From Candidatus Heimdallarchaeota archaeon (lineage in GTDB: Archaea; Asgardarchaeota; Heimdallarchaeia; JABLTI01): a stretch of DNA of 64,000 bases. The stretch is taken from the NCBI GenBank assembly GCA_019058275.1, contig JAHLVW010000045.1, positions 44,316-108,315 of the forward strand, read 5' to 3'. Shown here in pieces: positions 52,123 through 61,800 of the stretch. Under the pieces are notes generated by a model that worked only from the letters and a program-made list of their open reading frames with translations, was not told the DNA's origin and did not search any database. Each line of letters opens with the position of its first letter. Within the stretch, counting starts at the first letter, position 1. Made by a program: the position numbers and the translations under genes.

Positions 52123-53600
52123 GATACAGGCAACTCCAACATTGTTTCACGAAATTCATTAGTAATTGGTGATAATTGGCCAATTGTTCTACCATGCTTT
52201 TGATGATGTTTTTCTTCTCTATCAGGAAAGAGGAAAGCTAACTTTTCAAAATTAGTAATTTCATGATTCACTCTTTGTTCTATGTTTTTTGATCTCATCC
52301 AAACTAATGGTTGAAAATCTAATTTTTGTGTCTCCTCTTGGCAGATTTGGAAAATATTATCATTCAAATTCTCCCTAATCCCAGTTGGCAAACATTCCCA
52401 CTCTAATACTAATCGCCACAATTTAACTGCTAAATTATCCCCGAAAATTGAGTTTTTTATGGATAGGTGCTCCTCCTCTAACCTATTGCCTACATTTGTC
52501 AAGAGAAGATCAAATCTGTCGATTTCTTCCCTACAAGCATCTCTAAAAGAAGAATACTGTTTTCCTCGATAATAACAAGGGTTTTCGAAGAGTTCTTCCT
52601 TCTTTTCAAAAAGGATTTCGTATCCGTATCGTGTTACAGCGTAAGTTCTCCCCCCTTTGAACGCTGTTAACCGCTTAATTTCATCATGAGTAATTTCTTC
52701 AGCTAAGATGGCATCAACTAGCATGTAGTGACCTGCTTTCTTCAGTGAATCACCAAAATCTAATGGTAACCCCATCCAAGAGAGATCAGAATAATAACTA
52801 AAGTGAGAGAAACCACCAACACCTAAATAGTTAATGCCTTTCTCTTCCAGAAGAGTCCATATTTCTTCTTCACAGAATTGATATTCTGTATTAAACAATA
52901 CATCAGTAGGTGTTTGAGCCATACTGTTGAAGTTTCCAATCATGCGCTTGTGTCTGTAGAGACGGTCAGAAACTCTATGGCTTATTCCAAAATCATGTGG
53001 AGCTATTAGTTCATTCGTGAACTTCCAGAGAACCTCAGCAGCAAAACCTTCTGCAGAATTGCATAACTTGTTTGTATGACTATGATAACCAAAGAGATAA
53101 GCGTCACCGATTTTATCAATATGTTTCTTTAATGCTCTCTGATCAGGTAACATTTCTTGCAAAGTAAAAATAAGACTAAGATCACTCTTCATAGCTGTTT
53201 TCATGTAAAGATTATTGAAACCATTTCCTAATCTTATGGCATCAACATAGCCTGCTCTCTTTGGTTCAATTCGTTCAACATTAAACCAACCGCAGAGGTT
53301 TGTTTTCCGCTCGTAATAGCAACCATGATCAAGTAATCGTTGCTTAATCTCATCATCTATACCAGCATAATCAAAGATGTACTTGATATCTTGTAGCTTA
53401 TATCTTACATCTCCAATATACAAATCATCATTGATTATTCGCACATCATATCCTTGATAAATTGGAATTCCTAGTTTTGTTTTTACTTGCTTAATTTCAT
53501 CTGCTTCCAAACCAGTTAATTTGTATATTTGATCATATAGTATATTGTTGCTATCTTTCACACATCGTATATACTGTTTTGTTTTATTTCTATTAGTCAT
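52104..53600 (-). CDS. cas1: Highly divergent Cas1/casposase-like integrase (498 aa from the ATG at 53600)
   Basis: Cas1 motifs in the correct order: beta-rich N-domain (YQGYDVRIINDDLYI...IKYIF...IDDEIKQRLLDHG), AEGFAAEVLW (E184), FGISHR, TPTDVLFNTEY, GINYLGVGGFSH (H266), LPLDFGDSLK (D281/D284) and YRGKQYSSFRDAC. Recognised by eye only. Confidence 0.75.
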   Translation of the reverse strand: MTNRNKTKQYIRCVKDSNNILYDQIYKLTGLEADEIKQVKTKLGIPIYQGYDVRIINDDLYIGDVRYKLQDIKYIFDYAGIDDEIKQRLLDHGCYYERKTNLCGWFNVERIEPKRAGYVDAIRLGNGFNNLYMKTAMKSDLSLIFTLQEMLPDQRALKKHIDKIGDAYLFGYHSHTNKLCNSAEGFAAEVLWKFTNELIAPHDFGISHRVSDRLYRHKRMIGNFNSMAQTPTDVLFNTEYQFCEEEIWTLLEEKGINYLGVGGFSHFSYYSDLSWMGLPLDFGDSLKKAGHYMLVDAILAEEITHDEIKRLTAFKGGRTYAVTRYGYEILFEKKEELFENPCYYRGKQYSSFRDACREEIDRFDLLLTNVGNRLEEEHLSIKNSIFGDNLAVKLWRLVLEWECLPTGIRENLNDNIFQICQEETQKLDFQPLVWMRSKNIEQRVNHEITNFEKLAFLFPDREEKHHQKHGRTIGQLSPITNEFRETMLELPVSWINLE

Positions 53601-53622
53601 TTTTATCTCTCTTTTTTTCCAA

Positions 53623-55698
53623 TCAATTTCTTTCTTGAATGAGCTTAAATGATGAACCGCACCTTGGACACCTTGTTGGTGTTGAACCTTGTTGCGGAAA
53701 GGGTGCTGTACCAAATGCTTCTAAGGGGATCATTTCACCTCGCTCATCATAACAGAATCGGCAAAAATGGGTATATTCTTCCTCGCCCTCTTCTGTTTGT
53801 CCATCAAATCTCTTTGGATTTGATCTATAGAATTCATCAATGGAAAATTGCATTTCTATTGTTTCCTCTTCTAGGAATGCTTCGCACGCAATAGTATCTT
53901 TTCTGAGCATCGAGGTTGTAATATAATCCATTTTTTCTTTTGGTACTTTTCGTTCTGCTGTTTCTCTTACATCCCGCCAAAAATTACAATGATTTTTTTC
54001 ATAATAATAGCAGTCTCCACATTTCTTATAGAAATACTCAGGAATCTCTTTTGTTGAATAATATGTTATTCTTTTCCCTTTTGGTGGTTTACCTGTAACA
54101 GTTTTTAGTGATAATAAATCGTTTTTCTCAAGACTAACTAATGCTCGTTCAACATCTGAACTTAATAATGAAAGGTTTAAAGCAATCAGAGTAAGTGTCA
54201 TTGGAATTGTTGCATATTCTAGCTCTTCTTTGACAGCTTGTTCGATTGCTAACCGGTCTTTCTTTCCTATTAAAGGTACATCCATTAAGTCAAGGTTTTG
54301 TCCTATTGCTTTGCTGATAAGGCCAAAATTCTTTTTTGCTTCGGGTGTCATGTGCTCTTGAAGACTTGCCAATAATATTGATACTTTGAAAATAGTAAAG
54401 CTATCTTGTGTTCTTGAAAGAATTTTAGCAATAACCTCATCTTCATCATTACCTTTAGTTTTCAACCTTCCAAGTACCATTTGTAAATCATCATAAGCTA
54501 ATTTTCCATCAGTAAAATTATGGAAGATTTCCGAGATACAATTCCAATCCAAAGTATCATTTTGTGTTCTATTTTTAATATTCAATAAAACGCCCATGGG
54601 ATCTTCTCGTATTTCTTTGAAATATGTTGAAGCTATAAGGAACTTCTTGCCAAATGGCGTAAGAGTGTATATCCCTGAATTTTCTCTTACTTTAGAAATT
54701 AACGCAAAGTCACCTAGTGATTTTTGATATTTATCAAATAGACCTTCAGAGAAATTCCTTGGTTTAAACAATATTTCAATTAACATTTTTTGAAGAAAAT
54801 CATGACTAGCTTCTAATTTGGATATATTTTGGAGTAATCGACAAATGAGTGAGTTTTGAATTCGTTGAATCATTTTGCTTTTTGATGGTTGTCCAGAATA
54901 GAGTCTTAACAACATTAAATATGGGAGAACAGATTGAAATTCTTCTTTAAGGACCTCTGGATTCAAATCTGAATTAAAGTAAAATTCGTGATCTCCTGAA
55001 ATTTTAACCGCTGTTGTTACTATTAACATGTTCTTTTGTTCATCTAAAGGAACTAAACCTGGAGAGATGTAATGCATTCTGATGTTTTGGTTATTCGCTT
55101 TTCTCTTGAAAAACAAAATGCCATCTATATCAAAAGTAGTGAAGCTTTTTCTGGTTCTTCTTAGCGAGTCATTTTCTCTTAAAGGATCAACAAAAATATA
55201 TGCGTTTGTATGTGGGAGATTAATTCTGTTCTTTAATTTAACATCAGAACTTTTCCGATAAAGTAAGTTTCGAAGCAGACAATCATAGCTTGTAATTATC
55301 ACACAATCATTTGCTGATGGGTAGCTGTTCCCTTTGAATTTTGAAAAAGTGGACGCAACTCGAATGGCATATTTATTTGATAAGGGATAAAAACCTTCAT
55401 TGGATAAATTCTCAGTGGAAAAATTAGTTTCTTGATGAAGATTGAGCATAGTGAATATCTTTCTTGCTTCATCAGCTGTTCGCACAACGATTATAGAAGA
55501 TGAGTTGGCGAATCGCGAATTTAGAAGAGCTGAAGTAACAGCAATTTGTAATTGTTCATCAAGATCTGGTGTCACAAATAGCATATCTTCATCACAGCTT
55601 ACTGCTTTCCGAATAGTAGCATTATCAACACCTCTTGGGAAGGGATAATCTCGAAGAACTGTAGTAATGGCTTTTGGTAAAGCATTCACAAATCTCAT
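53623..55698 (-). CDS. Inactivated Hel308/Ski2-like helicase domain fused to wHTH and C-terminal Cys clusters (start at 55698)
   Basis: Degenerate Walker A 'MLFVTPDLDEQL', Ia 'VRTADEA', Ib 'IITSYDCL', Walker B 'IFVDPL' and III 'ISPG'; a late wHTH; CGDC..C, CRFC and CPRC. Confidence 0.6.
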   Translation of the reverse strand: MRFVNALPKAITTVLRDYPFPRGVDNATIRKAVSCDEDMLFVTPDLDEQLQIAVTSALLNSRFANSSSIIVVRTADEARKIFTMLNLHQETNFSTENLSNEGFYPLSNKYAIRVASTFSKFKGNSYPSANDCVIITSYDCLLRNLLYRKSSDVKLKNRINLPHTNAYIFVDPLRENDSLRRTRKSFTTFDIDGILFFKRKANNQNIRMHYISPGLVPLDEQKNMLIVTTAVKISGDHEFYFNSDLNPEVLKEEFQSVLPYLMLLRLYSGQPSKSKMIQRIQNSLICRLLQNISKLEASHDFLQKMLIEILFKPRNFSEGLFDKYQKSLGDFALISKVRENSGIYTLTPFGKKFLIASTYFKEIREDPMGVLLNIKNRTQNDTLDWNCISEIFHNFTDGKLAYDDLQMVLGRLKTKGNDEDEVIAKILSRTQDSFTIFKVSILLASLQEHMTPEAKKNFGLISKAIGQNLDLMDVPLIGKKDRLAIEQAVKEELEYATIPMTLTLIALNLSLLSSDVERALVSLEKNDLLSLKTVTGKPPKGKRITYYSTKEIPEYFYKKCGDCYYYEKNHCNFWRDVRETAERKVPKEKMDYITTSMLRKDTIACEAFLEEETIEMQFSIDEFYRSNPKRFDGQTEEGEEEYTHFCRFCYDERGEMIPLEAFGTAPFPQQGSTPTRCPRCGSSFKLIQERN

Positions 55699-55699
55699 A

Positions 55700-56302
55700 T
55701 TAATCTCCCTTTTCTTTTTGTGTTGAATAGTTACCAATTGCTGTGCTCCCACAATATTCCTTGATAATTGCTCTTAAATTTTCTTTTAATTCATCTTGTG
55801 ACAAATGACTATTTTCTACTAAACTGTTCAAAAGTGTCTCAATAAGTTCTGATAAGTACCCCTTGTCTGTTTCTAATTGATTTAGAATATATGCTAACTC
55901 CTCTCTGTTCTTTTGTAATTGCTTAATTCCTCTCATAGAAGGTTTCATCTGTTTTATTGTAATAGCAATTTGGAGATCAGGATAGTAAATATTTAGAATA
56001 AAACGGAATAATGGATTATTGATATTAACTTGATAAGCTTGTGTTTTTGAACGCTGAAGTTTGGTTAAAATATTGTTTTTCACTAGAAAGCTAACTAAAT
56101 TATCTATTGTCCTTGAAGATAAGGATAGTTTTTCATCTATTTTGAATGCTTTTAATGAAGGATAATAATATACACCCTGATTTAATGCCTTATCAATCAA
56201 ATATTTGCAGAAGATAGCTACTGAGTTTGTTACTTTTATTTTTGAACTGAATAATCCCTCATGAAAATATTGCTCTTGTACAACTGATATTTCAGAAGGC
56301 AT
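55700..56302 (-). CDS. wHTH protein (replication-initiator/HTH_36-like) with a coiled coil; first gene of the Cas1 operon
   Basis: YPSLKAF...LSLSSRTIDNLVSFLVKNNIL...YQVN; its stop is 1 nt before the next ATG. Confidence 0.6.
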   Translation of the reverse strand: MPSEISVVQEQYFHEGLFSSKIKVTNSVAIFCKYLIDKALNQGVYYYPSLKAFKIDEKLSLSSRTIDNLVSFLVKNNILTKLQRSKTQAYQVNINNPLFRFILNIYYPDLQIAITIKQMKPSMRGIKQLQKNREELAYILNQLETDKGYLSELIETLLNSLVENSHLSQDELKENLRAIIKEYCGSTAIGNYSTQKEKGD

Positions 56303-56341
56303 AATTATCAGTCTAATACTGCTAGATTTTATTTAAAAATC

Positions 56342-56406
56342 AATAAATTCGCTAAAAAACAGAAAGCAAAGCAAAATCAAAAAAATAAATCGCGGAAAAA
56401 CAGAAA
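56342..56406. repeat. Two imperfect ~23-bp direct repeats upstream of the Cas1 operon
   Basis: AATAAATTCGCTAAAAAACAGAAA (56342-56365) and AATAAATCGCGGAAAAACAGAAA (56384-56406), 42 bp apart. Confidence 0.45.
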
Positions 56407-56610
56407 CGGGAATTCATGTTATAGTTAGAAATCGTAATAATCCAGAAAAGCTCAATTTCACATCTGAAAAGAAGCCTTCTCCTACCTTATTTTTCGAAAC
56501 GAGAGATTTCTTTAAGTCCCTTTAAAATTTCTAAAATTGTGTTTTTTTCTTTTTTTTTCAAATTAAAAGTGAAACTCACAAGAAATCATCTTCTAAATTC
56601 CTCTCAGAAG

Positions 56611-56690
56611 CTTGTGTCGGAACGACGACCGTAAAAGGGGCCCCCCACGAAGTGGGGGAAATAGGTCGCACGAGGGGAGCGTTCAGCAAC
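56611..56690. other. GC-rich nested stem-loop (candidate origin/ssDNA signal or ncRNA)
   Basis: CCCCCAC-GAA-GTGGGGG hairpin (56642-56658) nested within CGACC/GGTCG and GAACG/CGTTC stems, in otherwise AT-rich DNA. Confidence 0.55.
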
Positions 56691-56805
56691 AGAGAAAGAT
56701 ATTATTGAAACTAGTTTTTTTTCTTCCGAATTTGTGAATTATTCTTTACAGTCTTTCTCCACTGATAATTTCGGAATTACTCAAAAAAATTCCTTATAGG
56801 TAAAA

Positions 56806-58407
56806 TCAGTTTTTTGTTTGGAAGAATGTTTTAAGGTAAAGTTTTAGAACAGAATTTAGTATCTTATTATTAGTAACTTTTATACCAAAATAGTCGCTTA
56901 TATTTTTGTAAAGGATTTCTTTATTTTCAGATGTAGACAGGATAAGAAGATATCTATTCCGAAGTGATAAATTTCTTACAAGAGAGAGTAATTTTTCATT
57001 AGGTTGTAAGTCTAACCTTGCTTGTGTTTTACGAGAATGAAATAAATCAAGCTTATACTTATGTAAAAAAGGCATCAAATTTATTGGTGTACTAGAAATC
57101 ATTAGTAATAGTTTTTCCAAAAGGGGTATTGGGAGACTATCACTATATTCATATGAAGCTAATTTTCCTTTGGAAATCCCAAGGTATTCAGCTAAGTCTT
57201 GTTGTGTCCAAGAAAAATTATTCCGAACATTTCGTAAGAAAATAGTACATCCTACGACATGAAGAGTAGTAAGAAGGGAAAAGTTGAAGTAGTTTTCACC
57301 TTGTAATGAGAGAATCATTTTTGGATTAAAATCATAGATCAAAAAGTCTGTTGAGTGGTTTACTAGATTATACCTTTGTCGAGTTAGATATTCGTTAAAG
57401 TCTATCTTTTTAATCGGATGCCTTGGATGTAATACATTACTAAGGATGTCTTTTGAAATAGCTTTAATATTAACGGTGTACCCTGTTCCTAAATCTACTT
57501 CTCTTTCAGTTAATGAATATTTAATTTTATTTACATCTAAAACTCTTGCGAATTCATAAGCAAAAAATTTAGAGGAAGAGCTGAAACTAACATTGTCTTT
57601 ATAACTGCCGTCTGCATCTAGTGCTCCAGACCAAAACTCCCAACGAAGATCCTCGTCTGAAACAAAAATAAGTGGTTCTCTTAAAGCATGATACTTTTTA
57701 CCGGTAATAGGTTGATCAGTTAAAAAATTGACTAATCGCACAAGCCACTTATTATTTAGATGAAGTAACCAGACTTTTTTCTCACCGGTAACAGGCCCTT
57801 CAAATCCAAAAAGAGTTTTAGCTAGTGTTTGCATCATTTCCATGTGTTCTTTTGAAAAATCAACTATCACCACATTATGATAATTTAGATGCCCATCACC
57901 AATAACTGAGCCAAGAAAATAAGCTAAATCTCTACTTATTCTTGTAGGCATGTGAAAGTGTTCTCCCCGAGCAGATTGGAATGGAACATAATCTTGTGTT
58001 AGGAATTCTTGCCAGTGATCACTTAACCTGAATAGTGGAAAAGGTAAGCGTTTCTGATTCTCAGTGTAATCAATGATCTTTTGCTGCCACTTCTTAATGG
58101 AATAATCAATAGCTGTATCTTGAAAATAATGATGACTTCTCTCAGCTAATGTTAATGATCGCTTACGTAATTTGCTCGCTAAATCTACTGTTAAAGAAAT
58201 GTATGGTAATCTTTGAATCAGCCGTTCTCCTGCAAGAAAGTCGTGCTTGCGGATCATTATAGAGTAAAGGTTAAGTTTTCCTTGTTCTAGAAATATTTTC
58301 TCTTGCTTTTTTTGTTCTATTAACTTGTTCGCTGTTAACCATTCATTCTTTGGTGTTGGTTCCGTGTCTATCAGTAATGGATCATTTCGCCAGTTAAGCG
58401 TCATCAA
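56806..58407 (-). CDS. Stand-alone double-motif LAGLIDADG endonuclease fused to an XRE-type HTH
   Basis: LAYFLGSVIGDGHL and FWSGALDADGSY motifs; WTQQDLAEYLGISKGKLASYE. Confidence 0.8.
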   Translation of the reverse strand: MMTLNWRNDPLLIDTEPTPKNEWLTANKLIEQKKQEKIFLEQGKLNLYSIMIRKHDFLAGERLIQRLPYISLTVDLASKLRKRSLTLAERSHHYFQDTAIDYSIKKWQQKIIDYTENQKRLPFPLFRLSDHWQEFLTQDYVPFQSARGEHFHMPTRISRDLAYFLGSVIGDGHLNYHNVVIVDFSKEHMEMMQTLAKTLFGFEGPVTGEKKVWLLHLNNKWLVRLVNFLTDQPITGKKYHALREPLIFVSDEDLRWEFWSGALDADGSYKDNVSFSSSSKFFAYEFARVLDVNKIKYSLTEREVDLGTGYTVNIKAISKDILSNVLHPRHPIKKIDFNEYLTRQRYNLVNHSTDFLIYDFNPKMILSLQGENYFNFSLLTTLHVVGCTIFLRNVRNNFSWTQQDLAEYLGISKGKLASYEYSDSLPIPLLEKLLLMISSTPINLMPFLHKYKLDLFHSRKTQARLDLQPNEKLLSLVRNLSLRNRYLLILSTSENKEILYKNISDYFGIKVTNNKILNSVLKLYLKTFFQTKN

Positions 58408-58452
58408 GAATCATTCTCCAATAGCTTTGGTACGATCATACAATAAAAAGTC

Positions 58453-58662
58453 CTATTCTTCTACATACCATATCTGTGTTGGATTCTTGGTTACTCGAAC
58501 CTTTTTCTTTGACTGAATTAAAGCTATCATCTCAATATATTCATTTACAGTTCGCCAATTTAATCCTGTTTTTTTAGCGATCTTTCCCACACTTTGTGGT
58601 TCATCTGTTACCGTAGCCAATATCTGCTTGAAAATTTCCTCAGATTTCCTTCTAGAATCCAT
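58453..58662 (-). CDS. Small wHTH regulator
   Basis: PQSVGKIAKKTGLNWRTVNEYIEMI. Confidence 0.75.
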   Translation of the reverse strand: MDSRRKSEEIFKQILATVTDEPQSVGKIAKKTGLNWRTVNEYIEMIALIQSKKKVRVTKNPTQIWYVEE

Positions 58663-58712
58663 ACTGAAACCCTCGCTATTGTATTCTTATTAAATATTGC
58701 ATACTTATTTTA

Positions 58713-58731
58713 TATAAACGCTAGCTTTATA
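58713..58731. promoter_or_regulatory. Near-palindrome containing back-to-back TATA-like boxes in the divergent promoter
   Basis: TATAAA-C-GCTAGC-TTTATA lies between the divergent starts at 58662 and 58779. Confidence 0.4.
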
Positions 58732-58778
58732 AATATACGAAAGTATATTATTATACAATATCATTGTAAAATAACACG

Positions 58779-60947
58779 GTGACACTCATGTCTAACAAAC
58801 GATCAAAAAACAAGCAAGTGGTTTATTCAAGTAATAAACCGGGGAGAGGAGTGAAATTCTCTGTTTATACTAACGGAGAAATTGTAATAGAAGGAGTAGG
58901 CTCTCAATATGGGTTAAACATTCCTGCTCAGTTAAAACAATGGTTAAATCTTCCAGAAAGAAATGACTCTTTCAATTGGAAACTGAAAGCTGATCTTGAA
59001 ATTATTTACGAGGATAAAAAGCATTTCTTGAAAGATATTTCAGTAACCATTCTATTTAAATCGAAGAAATGGTTCATTAGTCCAAGTAATGTTCTTATCG
59101 AAGGAAAAAATCTTCGCAGCATACTTTCTGAGAGATCTGAATTGATCTGTTCTTTAATTTTACCTAGAAAATATTGGAGTAAAAAATATCTCCAAAGTAT
59201 AAATATATTCAATTCTTTTAACTACAGCGAAAAATCAAATTTCAAAACAATAGCTATTGGTGGAAAAGCAACAGGATTTTATGAAGTAATTCAAGACAAC
59301 AAAAAACAATTTTTTATTAAATTAGAAACAAGTATGAGTGAATCAGGAGCTATACAGTTTCCAGCAGAATTAGCTCAGGTATTTAAGAATTGGACTAGCA
59401 ACAAAGAATTATTCCTTTGTTTGTTTGAAGATGGACAGAAGCAAATAGTTGAAGCATCATTTGTTAAAGATAAAAGTAGACCTGAACGCATTCGAAAAGT
59501 ATTGAATTTTTCTTATAATGGTGAAAGAAAAAATGTTTCCGTAATTTGTCACTCAAGTAATTTAGAATTATCATCTAAGATGAAGCAAGATGTTGAACTT
59601 AAACAAATATTAGTAAAGTTTGGTTTTCAATTAAAATCACTCAAATCAAACGTTTTTCCATTGGGAAGTCATAAAAACAAAAGATTTGAAGAAAAAGTAA
59701 GATTACTTTTTACTAATGCTTTCAATAAAACTGATGCGATAGTCAGAGATGAGGTGGCTTTATCACCTAATTATTTAAAATCTCTCCCAATTGAAAGCCA
59801 GTATACTTTTGATTTGCTAGTATTTTATAAAAACAAGCAATTACCAACACCATCAAAACTTCTACTTCTAATTGAGATAAAATCATCCTTAGGTAAGAGC
59901 AAAACCAAAGTAATTAATGATAGTATAGCTAACTTGAAACATTATCAAACGCATTTAGGAGAGGAAAATGTTCTACCAATTTTTGTTATGAATGCTGTAT
60001 TCAATAAAAGAAAAAAAGAAATTATTGATATGTATAGTATTAAAAACGGTATTTTGATTCTTGACAATGATAAATTATGTTTATTCCGAGATCAACCTGA
60101 ATTGTTAATTGAAACTATTCTTTCATTTAAACAAAAAATATCTCTACTGCAAAATAATCCTTTAGTTACATATCATCCACAAACTAAAGAAATTGTCAGT
60201 ATAGAGAAGCTAAGAAATGAAGCATTAACATTACTTATCAATAAATCGAAGGGGGAGTTAGTTGACCGAAAAACTTTGAATTCTTATTGCATGTTAATGA
60301 ATATTCGTAAAGCAGATTTCAATCGGTTATACCATTACTATGAGTCAGCTGTTAATGAAAATCATTCGATGACATCTTCATTAACTCCTCCTATTTATAA
60401 AAATAAAAGTACAATTATTTACAAAGCCATACACAATCATTTGTGTGAAAACGGTTCTGTTTCCATGATTCAAAAAATACCACAACAATGCTTTAATCGA
60501 TCAAACTCTGAATTAAGACTGCATTCTCAACAAATCTATGATTTTCTACCAAAAGAAATGCATGTTGTGGGTTTGAAAGAATATAACCATCAAGGTAAAA
60601 CCTATGAAAAAATCATTCAAAAAGAACTAGAATCAAAAAAATATGAAGTAATACCTAACATCTTATTCTATTTTGCATTTCGATTAATTGAAATTGATTT
60701 ATTTGCATTGAGAGAAAAGGAGCTTCTTCTTACCAGCTGCAAAAATATGAGTAGTTTTGTTGACTTCCCACAAACTACAGTGGCGATTAAAAGAGCTGTT
60801 AAATTATTATCTTATAGAAAACAATTATTGAATGCAGATAAAGGTTTAGTATGTGTTAGAGTAAATAAACAATTTAGAGATAAATTCAAAAAGAAATTCA
60901 ATAATAAAGTGTTTGCTAAGGATATTGAAGTAAAGATTACTGATTAG
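58779..60947 (+). CDS. Protein with two PD-(D/E)xK restriction-like nuclease domains
   Basis: Domain 1: FEEKV...FDLLV...IEIKS. Domain 2: GKTYEKII...EIDLFA...TSCK. The N-terminal region has AbrB-like 'G.(N/Q)(I/F)PA(Q/E)L' segments. Confidence 0.65.
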   Translation: MTLMSNKRSKNKQVVYSSNKPGRGVKFSVYTNGEIVIEGVGSQYGLNIPAQLKQWLNLPERNDSFNWKLKADLEIIYEDKKHFLKDISVTILFKSKKWFISPSNVLIEGKNLRSILSERSELICSLILPRKYWSKKYLQSINIFNSFNYSEKSNFKTIAIGGKATGFYEVIQDNKKQFFIKLETSMSESGAIQFPAELAQVFKNWTSNKELFLCLFEDGQKQIVEASFVKDKSRPERIRKVLNFSYNGERKNVSVICHSSNLELSSKMKQDVELKQILVKFGFQLKSLKSNVFPLGSHKNKRFEEKVRLLFTNAFNKTDAIVRDEVALSPNYLKSLPIESQYTFDLLVFYKNKQLPTPSKLLLLIEIKSSLGKSKTKVINDSIANLKHYQTHLGEENVLPIFVMNAVFNKRKKEIIDMYSIKNGILILDNDKLCLFRDQPELLIETILSFKQKISLLQNNPLVTYHPQTKEIVSIEKLRNEALTLLINKSKGELVDRKTLNSYCMLMNIRKADFNRLYHYYESAVNENHSMTSSLTPPIYKNKSTIIYKAIHNHLCENGSVSMIQKIPQQCFNRSNSELRLHSQQIYDFLPKEMHVVGLKEYNHQGKTYEKIIQKELESKKYEVIPNILFYFAFRLIEIDLFALREKELLLTSCKNMSSFVDFPQTTVAIKRAVKLLSYRKQLLNADKGLVCVRVNKQFRDKFKKKFNNKVFAKDIEVKITD

Positions 60948-60959
60948 GACTGCATTAAA

Positions 60960-61646
60960 ATGTTCATTGATAAAATTACTAGTAATTCATTACCTCCTCC
61001 AGGTGTTGGAATGACAATTAGTTTTCTTTCACTTGGAAAAGAAACAGATACAAGTGTTGTAGTTAAGCATATCAAATCGGTTAAAAAAGCAAGTCGAAGA
61101 CTTTATTGTTTATTATATGTCCATGAATACCAAGAATTAACAATTATCCAAAAAAGGGAAATTTTCAAACCTTTTATTGATGAAGAATTTGAATCTTTAA
61201 AGTATCACATGGTACTTTTTTCAGGATTATATCATATTACTGAAAATATATCAAAATTACAAGATCTTGGAATGAATCATCCTAATGAACTTGTCCGTTG
61301 TGCTGCTATTTGGTCTCGAGCAAAATTAGGTGACCATAAGGATTTATTTGAACGAATTAAAGTTGAATCACCTAATGTAGAAGAAGATGAATCAATTTCA
61401 TTACTCGCAGCAAGTTTATACTTAATTAATAATAACAAAAATTCACAAGAAATGCTTTTTTTAAAGGATTATTTTCTTGATAATTTTTATGATGAAGGAA
61501 AAAAACAATTTTATGATCTTATCCTTCACAATGTTGACTTTTCATCAGAACTAATTGCTTATTTATTATGGCAAATAGGTTATAAGTATAAAACAATAGA
61601 TGATTGGCGTAGTTTGGATTTGGATTGGTTAATCCTAAATGGATAG
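60960..61646 (+). CDS. Hypothetical helical protein
   Basis: 228-aa ORF, co-oriented and 12 bp after the nuclease gene. Confidence 0.6.
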   Translation: MFIDKITSNSLPPPGVGMTISFLSLGKETDTSVVVKHIKSVKKASRRLYCLLYVHEYQELTIIQKREIFKPFIDEEFESLKYHMVLFSGLYHITENISKLQDLGMNHPNELVRCAAIWSRAKLGDHKDLFERIKVESPNVEEDESISLLAASLYLINNNKNSQEMLFLKDYFLDNFYDEGKKQFYDLILHNVDFSSELIAYLLWQIGYKYKTIDDWRSLDLDWLILNG

Positions 61647-61800
61647 CTTCTGTTATTTCTTTGTAGCTGATCCAATTAATATTATTTCACAAATTATTAC
61701 TATATTCTGCCCAATTATCCATGTTTCTAAAGTTTCATTTAGAGTTTTATATACAATTTCCCTTATTGTACATTGAGAATCAAATAAAGAAGGTTTAAGA

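Noticed and set aside
53070-53095. 'GYHSH' as a JAB or HUH motif in ORF 52104..53714
   Set aside because: The spacing does not fit HxH-x7-S-x2-D, and the ordered downstream motifs are better explained by a Cas1 fold.
53601-53714. Frameshifted fusion of the inactive helicase and Cas1 ORFs
   Set aside because: The overlap disappears if Cas1 starts at the ATG at 53600, which follows a purine-rich leader. Two separate genes is the simpler reading.
56806-58407. Intein
   Set aside because: There is no N-terminal C/S block, no HN-C/S/T end and no flanking extein.
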